Shown here in pieces: positions 31,502 through 41,008 of a stretch of 64,000 bases of DNA. Where the stretch lies: assembly GCA_963775895.1 (NCBI GenBank), contig CAVZKL010000009.1, positions 40,844 through 104,843 of the forward strand. The letters run 5' to 3'. The translations under genes were made by a program, and so were the position numbers. Below the pieces are notes generated by a model, which saw nothing but the letters and a program-made list of their open reading frames with translations, was not told where the DNA came from and searched no databases. This DNA is from Candidatus Bathyarchaeota archaeon. GTDB taxonomy: Archaea; Thermoproteota; Bathyarchaeia; Bathyarchaeales; Bathycorpusculaceae. The first letter of the stretch is position 1, and each line of letters opens with the position of its first letter.

Positions 31502-33182
31502 CTAGGTTTCTGCTTTTCTCAATAGTTCTTCAGCGTTCTTAACTGAGATACGGTAGAAGATCAAGGTTATGACGGCAGCGATTATTGAGCTCAACACAAC
31601 AGCTACATAGAGGTCCATAAAAGGTTGAGCCAGACTTGGGACAAAAGATGAAAGCAGATACGGCGCGAAAGGAACCAGTATTGCTATTGCCACGAGGAAA
31701 CATAAGATCAGGTTGATGAAGCCCTGCAAAGTTCGAATCATTCTCGGTCGAGGAACTTCAGTAAAGTCGGCTCCCTTTATGCCGTTCGACAATGAAATAG
31801 ATCCCAATGTGAACGCCAAGAAGATCGATTCAAGCAGTGCCACAAAAACAGTCCTTAGGGAAGGGTGAAAAGCTATGAATCCAACGGTGCCTGTGACAAC
31901 CAAAATTGCGAGTGAGAAGAAGATTATGAAAAAGTACTTGCTCTTCACAAGACTCTTGGGGGAAATCGGAGATGAGTAGATCCGCCAGATTGTCATTCCT
32001 TCTTCACCTATCATGAACGTACCCAGCATTGTCGCCATAGCAGCGCTCGGAAGGAGGAAAACTAAAGCAACCAAAAACAATGATGCTTCGGTCGGAACTG
32101 GTCTCCCCATTTGGCCTAGAGCCCTGCATGATTGGTGCCAAGATGATTACTATTGGTAGTATGAAAACAACCATCAACTCTCGACGACGAGTAAACGCCT
32201 TCAGATCCTTTCTGATCAGCGCACCCTCTGTCGTAGAAAAACCTAGTCTGCCGAGTAGACCAATTTTTGGTGCGTAAACGCTTCGTGATACCGTGATAGC
32301 AGGAGGCTCGTAAAGTCCGTACCTTCCGTTAAGGAAAGTGGCAAGGTAGAACAAGGCAGCTATGAATCCGAGGGAAAGAACCACGAAAGCGATGCCCTGC
32401 AAAATCAACCCATTTAGGAAACTGTACAGCGTCATACCCAACCACACAAAAGGTATAAACCAAATCGCGCTCTGCGCCGACGCAATAGTCTGCACCAGGT
32501 AAATTCCTCCTGAGCCCGAAACCACGTAGAAATATACGATATAGAATACCAAAAAAAGCAGCAGGGAACCCACGAACCTCACCCAAATCGCGGCTCGACC
32601 AGTGGACTTGTAGATTGCGCCTATGAATCTGACCTGTAGGACTCTGAAAACCTCAGTCACTGCACTGGCCATGAAAGCAGAGGCACATACGGCGAGGATT
32701 GTTGCTGCTGCGGCGGCGACCTGGCCAGTGAACGTGGAAAACAGGACTATGGCTGGTGCGATGAACAGTATTGAAACAAGCGGAATACCAAGAAGGTTGG
32801 TCAGAATGGATGCAAGAGTGTGCTCCCCCCAAGTGATGGGCAGCCAATAAGGCGCCTGAAGGGAAAACTTGGCTCCACTACGCTGAATCTGCTGCAACAT
32901 AGTAAAAACTAGACTATAGATCAGCACCAGGGTCGGTAGACCAAGAAAAAGGCTCAACATGCCTTGGTTAGCCAGAGCAGCAAAATTCGGATCAGTCGCC
33001 GAAGCTGAAACGTAAAACATACCCGCAAGTGCGCCCACCACCAGACCCAGAACCAAAGCCCCTCCGTAGAGCACATAAGTGAAGATTCTGCTCTCGCGAA
33101 ATCTTGTCAGTCTCCTCCCTCTGAGAAATCGACCAGATTTCATGTCTATTCGCATAAGGTGCAGTACGTTCTTCCAGTTCAT
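31502..33182 (-). CDS. ABC-2 type transporter permease (frameshift near 32110)
   Basis: Two consecutive multi-TM ORFs (33182-32004, 32110-31502) downstream of an ABC ATPase; KDLKAFTRRRE and SPIS..SLVKSK motifs. Confidence 0.8.
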
Positions 33183-33958
33183 TTCAACAGTTCCTCTACA
33201 ACTGGTCTTATGTCACCAGTGCCCGTCAGCTTGAGGAAGATGTCTTCCAAGGCGGAATCAGGCAGTTTCGCCATTTCCCTCAACTCATCCATTGTACCTA
33301 GTGCCAAGAGCTTTCCGTGGTACATGATGCCTATGCGGTCGCAGAGCGCTTGGGCTATTTCCAATACGTGTGTAGACATCATCGTGGTCACTCCCTGAGC
33401 TTTCAGCTCATGCAGAAAGTCTTTGACAATTCGAGCGGACCTGGGGTCTAGACCGCTCAATGGTTCATCAAGAATCAACAGTTTCGGTTTGTGCATAAAC
33501 GCCGAAATCAATGCGACCTTCTGTTTCATTCCCTCGGAGTAGCTGCTTATCATGTCGCCTTCTCTGCCCTCTAGCTCAAGGGCCTTCAGATACTCGTTGA
33601 TTCTAGCTTTCTTTGCTTCAGTCTGCAAGCCGTATACGTCGCCTATGAAATCCAAGTATTCGATTCCAGTCAGGAACTCGTAGAGACGTGGAGATTCTGG
33701 AACATAACCGACGAGCCTTTTCACCGCAACTGGATCCCCCTGCACATCTATCCCCAGGACATTAAGCGTGCCCGAGTCAGGCTGAACCAAACCGAGAAGC
33801 ATCTTCATGGTGGTCGATTTACCTGAGCCATTTGGCCCCAACAGACCGAAGATTTCACCCGATCTAATGCTCAAGTCAACGTTGTCAACGGCCGAGATTT
33901 CGCCATAGCGTTTGACGATTCTCTTGATTTCGACCGCAGACGAATAGTCTGTTGCCAT
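33179..33958 (-). CDS. ABC transporter ATP-binding protein
   Basis: GPNGSGKST, YSEGMKQK, LILDEP, STH motifs. Confidence 0.92.
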   Translation of the reverse strand: MATDYSSAVEIKRIVKRYGEISAVDNVDLSIRSGEIFGLLGPNGSGKSTTMKMLLGLVQPDSGTLNVLGIDVQGDPVAVKRLVGYVPESPRLYEFLTGIEYLDFIGDVYGLQTEAKKARINEYLKALELEGREGDMISSYSEGMKQKVALISAFMHKPKLLILDEPLSGLDPRSARIVKDFLHELKAQGVTTMMSTHVLEIAQALCDRIGIMYHGKLLALGTMDELREMAKLPDSALEDIFLKLTGTGDIRPVVEELLK

Positions 33959-34514
33959 CATTAACGCACTCTCGACATTATACAACAACCTATGTATTTG
34001 AAATCGGCTTATGTCTTTCTATTTTCTGTTTGAAGGGTCAATTTCAGCGCGCGCATACCTCAGACGCAAATGCGAACTCTAACACGAACAAAACCGAACC
34101 AACAAAACACCATCACTTTTCAGAGGGTCCCTGGAAGGTTTGTGACGTAGTTTGTGTGTTTGACGTTTGCGCTGTTTGTCAGCGATTTGTGTGTGCGATC
34201 AGTTGTTGGTCGATAGTCTATCGTGCTACTGTATGTGTTGTATCGTACGAAGCGAACAAAGAGTCTGAAGAGAGATGCTTCGTTATTCTATTGTTCGCGC
34301 GCGCTAATCTAATAGAAATCTTAGAAATTCTCTTTTTCTTCTCAGCTTAGAAATTAGAATTTGGAAAGTTACCTGACTTTTTGAACAACATTGAGACAGC
34401 ATTGCAGAATATCAGACATAATCAAGGGTAGTGTTGTCAGGTGGCTACCTCATGAAGAGGTTTGAGAGAACTAAGAGACTGAAGAGAGATAGACTATTGC
34501 ACTATTCTCGCGCG

Positions 34515-34646
34515 CTATTTCTTACCTTTATTATATTCTGCAGGGAGTTCAACGTTCCGCTTCTCTTTCCTTTTCAGTTCCTTTTCTCTCTGCGATTTCA
34601 TGTGGTGTTTATGATCCATAGCTTTCTCTTTCTTGCCTTTGGGCAC
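34515..34646 (-). CDS. Putative 43-aa basic peptide
   Basis: AAGGAGGG SD, then MPKGKKEKAMDHKHHMKSQREKELKRKEKRNVELPAEYNKGKK*; the stop codon overlaps a CGCGCGC run. Confidence 0.45.
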   Translation of the reverse strand: MPKGKKEKAMDHKHHMKSQREKELKRKEKRNVELPAEYNKGKK

Positions 34647-34858
34647 AATTCACCCTCCTTAAGATTAGACTCTGCTCTTACGTCTATTAAAATTGCGCGT
34701 GCTTTGCCGTAGTAGAAACTGATGGATCGATCGATCAATGAGAGCAGTGGTTGAACAATAATATCATTACGGAGAGGTTGCAAAGAACTGAGAGGCTTGA
34801 CAGAGGTTCGTCGTCGTGTACACGAAGTGCACGTAAATGTGAAACGCGCGCGTCCTTG

Positions 34859-35269
34859 TCACGCTGGCACGCGCTTTGGGCCTTCTATACTCTTGAATGC
34901 CAATATGAAGCTTGCTGCGGGCAGAATAAACCCAACCGGCAGTAAAGGGAGAGCTGCAGCTCCCGGTATCAAAAATAGAAAGGAAGGCAGTCCATAAAAT
35001 CCGCCGGCAGCCATTCCCATCAAAATCAATATTCCACCTGGTATCGGTTTTCGATACCAGACGAGTATGCCGCCGACAATCATTAGAAACCCGCCTATGT
35101 AGAGGAAGGGCAAAAAAAGAAAATACGCAACGTTCGTCGCAAACAAAGTGAGAACTCCACTCGTAAGCCCTAACGCGGCTGAAACTTGGCGATAAACTGT
35201 TTTCCTCGCCACTACTCTGGAATCCGACTGCGCGGCTCTGGGGGAATTATTCGATTCGGACAAACTCAA
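34859..35269 (-). CDS. Hypothetical multi-TM membrane protein
   Basis: 136-aa ORF with about four hydrophobic helices. Confidence 0.7.
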   Translation of the reverse strand: MSLSESNNSPRAAQSDSRVVARKTVYRQVSAALGLTSGVLTLFATNVAYFLFLPFLYIGGFLMIVGGILVWYRKPIPGGILILMGMAAGGFYGLPSFLFLIPGAAALPLLPVGFILPAASFILAFKSIEGPKRVPA

Positions 35270-35463
35270 ATCGTCCTAGAGTAGACTGATAAGTCTGTGC
35301 TCTTATTTCTTGCGAATTGATTGACAGGTCTCATAGAATCTGTTCTGCCTAGTCACCTGAACACAGAGCCCCCATGCGTCAAAACCTTAACACTTCGAGT
35401 CAGTCAACTCGCAAAGATAGTTTCTGACGTGTGAAGGGAATTGCGGTTTTTGGTTGAATTTTT

Positions 35464-35497
35464 TGGGTTTGGGTTTGAGATAAGACTTTACCCAACC
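35464..35497 (+). repeat. Palindromic site, copy 4 (right arm cut by CGCGCGCGC)
   Basis: TGGGTTTGGGTTTGAGATAA-GACT-TTACCCAAC. Confidence 0.78.
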
Positions 35498-35543
35498 GCG
35501 CGCGCATTGGTAGAAGACAATTGATCTTGGGGGTTCACGCCTT

Positions 35544-35933
35544 TCATTCAGAACGAGACTGTCTCACATGTCTAATCGCGAGGTACGTCACGACGATACC
35601 GATCAGAGCAAAGAGGATTCCCCAAATGTCAATTGAAGACAACAGGTAGATGTAGTAGATCGATCCTGCAAATATGATCAAACCGTAGAGCATCATCGAA
35701 TAGACAAAGATGTTTTTCTTTTCCCAAAACAAGCTCACCAAGATCACGGCTACGCATGGAAACAACAAACCGGCCGATATGATAGTGATGAGCGTTCCTG
35801 CAGCGTCAATATTCCCTCCTGACAAAACAAGAATGAAGTAAAGAATCAGTGCATCAAGAACTGTGGCTGCCATAGAATAGAACAATGTAGTGAGTCTTGG
35901 CTTCAGTCCATCATCAGAAGACGTGTCTTCCAT
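35544..35933 (-). CDS. Hypothetical four-TM membrane protein (cassette cargo)
   Basis: ATG at 35933; hydrophobic ORF alone between site copies 4 and 5. Confidence 0.72.
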   Translation of the reverse strand: MEDTSSDDGLKPRLTTLFYSMAATVLDALILYFILVLSGGNIDAAGTLITIISAGLLFPCVAVILVSLFWEKKNIFVYSMMLYGLIIFAGSIYYIYLLSSIDIWGILFALIGIVVTYLAIRHVRQSRSE

Positions 35934-35992
35934 ATGAGTGACTTTCTTCGTTCTCGCTCTAAAGTCTTGCGAAGAGCTAAAATTGCGCGTGC

Positions 35993-36017
35993 GATAAAAC
36001 TTTACCCCCAAACCCAA
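35993..36017 (+). repeat. Palindromic site, copy 5 (left arm replaced by GCGCGTGC)
   Basis: GATAA-AACT-TTACCCCCAAACCCAA. Confidence 0.78.
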
Positions 36018-36069
36018 GCCTTGCGATGCAAAAACAAGTATTTTAATACCGAGTTGAACGCTTTGTTGT

Positions 36070-36486
36070 GTGGGGAAAGATTTGTCACAGCAACAACCAC
36101 CGCCACCACCACCGCCAATACCAACAAAGAGAACAGGTTATCCAATTGCCGCAGCCATTCTAGCAATCATTGCTTCTGGTATAGAAGCGCGCTACATCGT
36201 ATTCCTTTTTGTTGGGGCACCTGGTTCGCTTTGGGTGTTAATAGGAATCTTCGCTGTTGTCGTTTTTGCATTTGGTTTGACGGGGGGAATATTCTCGATA
36301 GGACGGAGACACTTTGGGTTGTCAATATTCGGGATGAGTCTTCTAACACTTATGGGATTTTTCGCGCTGTTAATCCCTGCGCTGTTCGGTGAACTGAACA
36401 GCGGATTGTATGTTGGAATACCCATAATCATCCCTTCAATCTTGAGCGTTATCTTCACTGCCATATCCAAGAGTGAGTTCACTTAG
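36070..36486 (+). CDS. Hypothetical membrane protein with a Gln/Pro-rich N-terminus
   Basis: QQQPPPPPPP followed by four TM helices. Confidence 0.72.
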   Translation: MGKDLSQQQPPPPPPPIPTKRTGYPIAAAILAIIASGIEARYIVFLFVGAPGSLWVLIGIFAVVVFAFGLTGGIFSIGRRHFGLSIFGMSLLTLMGFFALLIPALFGELNSGLYVGIPIIIPSILSVIFTAISKSEFT

Positions 36487-36509
36487 GAAGCTTAGCGCGT
36501 ATTCGCGAG

Positions 36510-36991
36510 GTGATGTTGATGAACATTCACTTAAGAGAAGCAAAAGCAACTGACATGCCATTAGTGAAGAAAATCGCTGTTGAAACATCGTGGGAATATA
36601 TCCCTGAAACACAGAAAAAGCTTCTCGATAGAGAGAAATGGAATATGCGTGTGATTGAGTATTATGAGAATGTGTTGAAGGAGGAAAATAGCGAGGTCTT
36701 TATCGCAGAGGATGAACACCATAAGTATGTTGGACACTTGATCGTTGGACAAACCAGAGGCACGATTACTGAGCTGAGCTTCGGCTATATTTACGATATT
36801 TTTATTGAAGAGAAATTCAGAGGCAAGGAAATCGGGAAGATGCTTTGGAAAAGGCGGAAGATTATTGTCGAGAGAAAGGGCATTCCAGAATTGCTCTTTC
36901 GGTATCAGCGACAAATGACTCTGCAATAAAGCTTTACAGCAGAACTGGATACAAACCAGAACGAATAACCATGGCAAAAGAGATAACCTGA
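36510..36991 (+). CDS. GNAT family N-acetyltransferase (frameshift near 36848)
   Basis: GYIYDIFIEEKFRGKEIGK motif A; the C-terminus (..LSVSATNDSAIKLYSRTGY..) continues in another frame to TGA at 36991. Confidence 0.8.
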
Positions 36992-37004
36992 CAGTAGTTT
37001 TGTG

Positions 37005-37040
37005 TGTGTGTTTGGGATAAAACTTTACCCCAACCAACAA
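37005..37040 (+). repeat. Palindromic site, copy 6
   Basis: TGTGTGTTTGGGATAA-AACT-TTACCCCAACCAACAA. Confidence 0.8.
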
Positions 37041-37099
37041 TGCGTGAATGAGACTTCGTTTGTTTTTTCTTATTCCTGCTAGTGAACACCTGCCAACAG

Positions 37100-37517
37100 T
37101 CATCGTTGACTCTCGGAAACCCTGATTTGCCGTAGAATATTCGCAGTGTCGTATTCGACCCATTCTTCAACGATTTTTCCAGCCTTGAACAGAACAATAT
37201 CCATGTAGGATATCGCAATTCGCTTTCCAGTTGCGGGAACGCCCTGATATTCTCCGGTATGAGTGCAATACATTGTTATGCGATTAGCGACCTTGTCATT
37301 TTCAGCGATTTGGTCTTCCACAACTGCTTCAATGTTAGAGAACGCCTTGAGAAACACCATTTCATCTCTTTTTCTCTCCTGAGTTCATCGATTCTCCACC
37401 TCCTCTAGGATGGAGAACGTAGCCGGAGCCTATGAATTTCATTACAGCACCTATATCTCCAGTATTATACGCCTCAAAGTAGCTACGAGCTATCGCCTTG
37501 TTGAGTACAGAAGACAT
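37100..37517 (-). CDS. SnoaL-like ester cyclase family protein (one frameshift)
   Basis: MSSVLNKAIARSYFEAYNTGD ... IAENDKVA..THTGEYQGVPATGK..GKIVEEW. Confidence 0.8.
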
Positions 37518-37561
37518 AATATGCAGACACCACCGTCAATTTGTCAGTATCTGACGGCATT

Positions 37562-37590
37562 TAGATAAGACTTTACCCTCAAGCCCAATC
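37562..37590 (+). repeat. Palindromic site, copy 7 (upstream of Int(N))
   Basis: TAGATAA-GACT-TTACCCTCAAGCCCAATC. Confidence 0.72.
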
Positions 37591-37643
37591 ACCAGACTTA
37601 TAACATAGAACGTCCCCTCGCCCCTGCCCGGGTGCAAGCACAA

Positions 37644-37907
37644 ATGTCAAACAAACACAATCTCGTCTTATATGTTGATCAAGATTTGGTTGAGAAGTCG
37701 CGTAATCTTGGCTTCAATTTGAGTAAGACCTTCGAAAATCACTTGAAACACTTGTTGACGCAGTTTTCACAGGTCAATTCTTTGAACAACACTGAAAACA
37801 ATAGTAATCTTGGTGATTGGTGGGCCGGACCGGACTTGAACCGGCGACCTTTGGCTCGTAAAGCCAATGTCCTAACCAAGCTAGACGACCGGCCCCCAGT
37901 TCACTGA
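37644..37907 (+). CDS. Integrase N-terminal fragment Int(N), RHH-like, reading into the tRNA on the opposite strand
   Basis: Near-identical to the 30426-30647 product (MSNKHNLVLYVDQDLVEK..GDWWAGPDLNRRPLARKA). Confidence 0.8.
   Translation: MSNKHNLVLYVDQDLVEKSRNLGFNLSKTFENHLKHLLTQFSQVNSLNNTENNSNLGDWWAGPDLNRRPLARKANVLTKLDDRPPVH
37818..37895 (-). tRNA. tRNA-Val(TAC)
   Basis: Reverse complement GGGCCGG TC GTCTAGCTTGGTTAGGAC A TTGGC TT-TAC-GA GCCAA AGGTC GCCGG TTCAAGT CCGGT CCGGCCC A CCA folds as a cloverleaf. Confidence 0.95.
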
Positions 37908-38040
37908 TTCTTAAATAATTGCTCTATTAAACTTGACTATCTGCTAACAAGCAAGGAGCGATTATTTCTTATAGTGCCAAGCAACAATTGGTACGATCAA
38001 ATCTGTCAGCAAAAGCACCCATTCACAAAAGTGAAAGTTC

Positions 38041-39116
38041 ATGAAAAGAATACTCGTGACAGGCGCGGGCGGACCCGCCGGAATAAACTTCACGATGTCG
38101 CTCAGAATAGCCCCTGAAAAAACTTTTCTTGCAGGAACAGAAGCAGACCAACACTTCATTCACCTAGCAGTAACCGACAGAACATATCTATGTGCCCCGA
38201 GCAACAGATCCCGAATATATTCGGCAAGTTGAACGAGATAATTAATAAAGAAAAAATCGAGTTCTTTCATGCCCAACCCGACATCGAGGTGGAAGTCGTT
38301 TCCGCCAACCGAGAGAAACTCGACGCACCCGTTTTTCTGCCTTCCAAGAAGACGGTTGAAACTTGCCAAGACAAATTTGAATCTTCGAAACTCTGGAGAA
38401 AGAAGAACGTACCAGTTGCAAAGTTGATGGAGATCGCAGACGAAAACGACATCGACAAAGCATTTCAAGAATTGGGCGCTCCCTTATGGATAAGGGCAAG
38501 CCACGGGGCAGGCGGAGTTGGAAGCACGCCAGCCGACAACAAGGAGACCGCACTTTCATGGATCACATACTGGAAATCGCGCAAGAAAGCATGGAAATTC
38601 ATAGCACAGGAACACTTGCCTGGAAGAAACCTTGCATTCCACAGCCTGTGGAAGGACGGCGAGCTTGTTGTGTCGATGGCAAGAGAGCGCATCGAATACA
38701 TTTACCCACACCTTGCACCTTCAGGAATAACGGGCACTCCGGCAGTGCAGAGAACCGTACATGACAAGAGGGTGAACAAGATTGGAAGCCAAGCAGTTCT
38801 CGCAATAGACCCGAAGTTCAATGGAATAGCATGTGTTGACCTCAAAGAAAACGAGAAAGGAACGCCATGCGTAACCGAAATCAACGCAGGACGAATGTTC
38901 ACGACATCTTACTTCTTCTCTTTCGCCAGCAAGATCATCCGCAGGGACTACTACGCAAACATTCCCTATCTCTACGTGAAACTCGCCTTCAAAGAGAAGA
39001 TCCCAGACGTTCCGAAATACGACGCACTACCCGAAAACGTGTACTGGATTCGCCACATCGACGCGCCAGCACGGCTTGTCAAGGACGGAAAGGTTCTCGG
39101 GGAAATGTACCGTTGA
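38041..39116 (+). CDS. ATP-grasp domain protein (carbamoyl-phosphate-synthase-like; frameshift near 38200)
   Basis: ILVTGAGGPAG N-terminus, QEHLPG, VDLKEN..TEINAGR motifs. Confidence 0.8.
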
Positions 39117-39607
39117 CAGAAGCAGTCATCTTCGATCTAGACGGCACCCTAGTTAACCTGCCGATCGATTATGACGCGCTATTCCAAGAATTCAAAGAAA
39201 TCATGAAAACATCGCGGGTTCGGCCATTAACAGAAACGATAGCCAAACTGGACGAAAAAACGAAGAAACAAGTCTTTCTTGCCTGGGAAAAAAGCGAACT
39301 GGAAGCGTTTGAAGAAGCCACGCCTAACGAAGAAGGGATGAGCCTTTACAGAGAGTTTACTCAAAAACCCAAGGCTCTCGTTACCATGCAGGGACGAAAT
39401 CTCGTCAAAAATGTAATTCAGAAACTGAGTTTAAGATTTGACTTCATGGTCACAAGGGAAGATTCATTGAACAGACGAGAACAATTCGAAATCGCTGCCA
39501 AAAAGCTGAGAGTACCCTTTCAGAAGGTTCTTTTCGTGGGAAACACCCTTGAGGATAGGAAAGCTGCTAAAGAAGTCGGATGCAAATTCGTGAGGGTGGG
39601 AGAATGA
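39113..39607 (+). CDS. HAD family hydrolase
   Basis: IFDLDGTL motif I; LFVGNT..D motif IV. Confidence 0.82.
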   Translation: MTEAVIFDLDGTLVNLPIDYDALFQEFKEIMKTSRVRPLTETIAKLDEKTKKQVFLAWEKSELEAFEEATPNEEGMSLYREFTQKPKALVTMQGRNLVKNVIQKLSLRFDFMVTREDSLNRREQFEIAAKKLRVPFQKVLFVGNTLEDRKAAKEVGCKFVRVGE

Positions 39608-40636
39608 GAATCTGGTATGATGCGTTAACTGGCAAACATGTCAGGTACGCCGTGGCAGTTGCAGAACGCCTAAGGAGGAAGGGACATGAAATCACACTGA
39701 CTACAAGAAAACATCCAGACACCCTACCTTTGGCGGACTACCTGAATGAAAGCTTTGTCGCCGTTGGGAAATTCAACCCCAAATCCTTACTGACAAGGCT
39801 AACAGAAGGCACACGACGACAACTCAAATTCTGCCAGAATCTTCGAAAAGAACCCTCCGGACGTAGCAATTTCACACGGTTCATCCGATCTCTGCAGAGT
39901 TGCATTCGGACTCAACAAACCTATAATCACAACCGTAGACACACCGTACGCAGATGCAGTCCACCGCCTTACTTTACCGTTATCAAAGCACATCGTTGCC
40001 TCAAACGCGATTCCTGCAAGAATCCTGCAAACCTATAACCCTAAGGCCGAATACACACGTTTTGAAGGCGTTGACGAAGTTGCGTGGATCAAAGGCTTCA
40101 AACCAAAGAAACAGTATGATTTTGGCAGACCACTCATTGTCATCAGACCGCTCGAAGAAAGAGCAGTTTATACAAAGGACAGAACGAATCTAGTCCAACT
40201 CGCCAAGAGACTTACAAAACTGGGCAACGTCGTATATCTTTCGAGATATGCACGCAAATCCGTCGATGGCTTGACGGTTCCAAACGGATTCGTCGATTCA
40301 GCAAGTCTAACTGCACAAGCCGACCTGTTCGTAGGAGTCGGAGGTACGATAACCCGAGAAGCAGCCTTACAGGGAACGCCAGCAATAGTAGTTAAAGTCT
40401 TCGAGGAACAATATGTTAACGAGTTTCTTTCCGAGAAGGGGTTCCCCATCTTCGAAACAGAGCCCTCAAATGCCTTCAAACTAGCAGAAAAACTGCTGGG
40501 AAAGAAACATGATGTCAAGCAATTGTTAGCGCAACTAGAAGACCCTGCAGACACAATCAAGAGAATCGTTGAAAAAATGCAAAAAAAGCTGACACGGGCT
40601 CAAATGCGCTCTGCAGCAAAATCCTTTCAAGATTAA
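39604..40636 (+). CDS. DUF354 family (GT-B-like) protein, with frameshifts
   Basis: MRIWYDALTGKHVRY N-terminus and GVGGTITREAALQGTP motif; split across several frames. Confidence 0.75.
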
Positions 40637-40667
40637 ACGCGCGACAATGACCATTTCTGTGCGCGCG

Positions 40668-40924
40668 TTCCTGAAACCCATTTTCCAGACGACATCATAA
40701 CCGACATACATAACTTGCTCCCTGACATTGTTGGAGATTTCAGTAATAAGAACGCGAAGACTCAGAGTTTTTTGATTGAAGAATTGCAACAGCAAGGCTG
40801 GAAGTTAGCACCCTACTTCACTGCAAAACCGAAAAACATAACACAACGAATCAAAACTTGGATTCATAGTACTGTAAGACTTTGTAAAGCAGGATGGGAA
40901 AAGTTGTTTGCCAGGAAAGTCTAG
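40668..40924 (+). pseudogene. 5'-truncated gene remnant beginning at a GCGCGCG run
   Basis: Open frame PETHFPDDIITDIHNLLPDIVG..FARKV* with no convincing start; begins immediately after 40661-40667. Confidence 0.45.
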
Positions 40925-41008
40925 AATGCCTAGACGGTTGCCTAGAAGGTTAAGGGAGTAGAAGACGTTGTTGAGGTTAGATAATCGTTTACATGAGGAG
41001 TAGAATGG

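Larger units (their letters stand above)
30600..37865. mobile_element. Integrated element at tRNA-Val(TAC), about 7.3 kb, with Int(C) at the left end and Int(N) at the right end
   Basis: Direct att repeats, split integrase and heterogeneous cargo. Confidence 0.85.

Noticed and set aside
33952-34350. 132-aa ORF in the ORF track
   Set aside because: It runs through low-complexity AC/GT-rich sequence and CG runs and overlaps the ABC promoter region; probably spurious.
29201-37590. Repeated palindromes as a CRISPR array
   Set aside because: Spacing is hundreds to thousands of nt with whole genes in between, the repeats are degenerate, and there are no cas genes.
29201-37590. Classical integron (IntI/attC)
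   Set aside because: The sites lack RYYYAAC/GTTRRRY ends, and the recombinase is a tRNA-split SSV1-like enzyme with no evident IntI-specific insertion.
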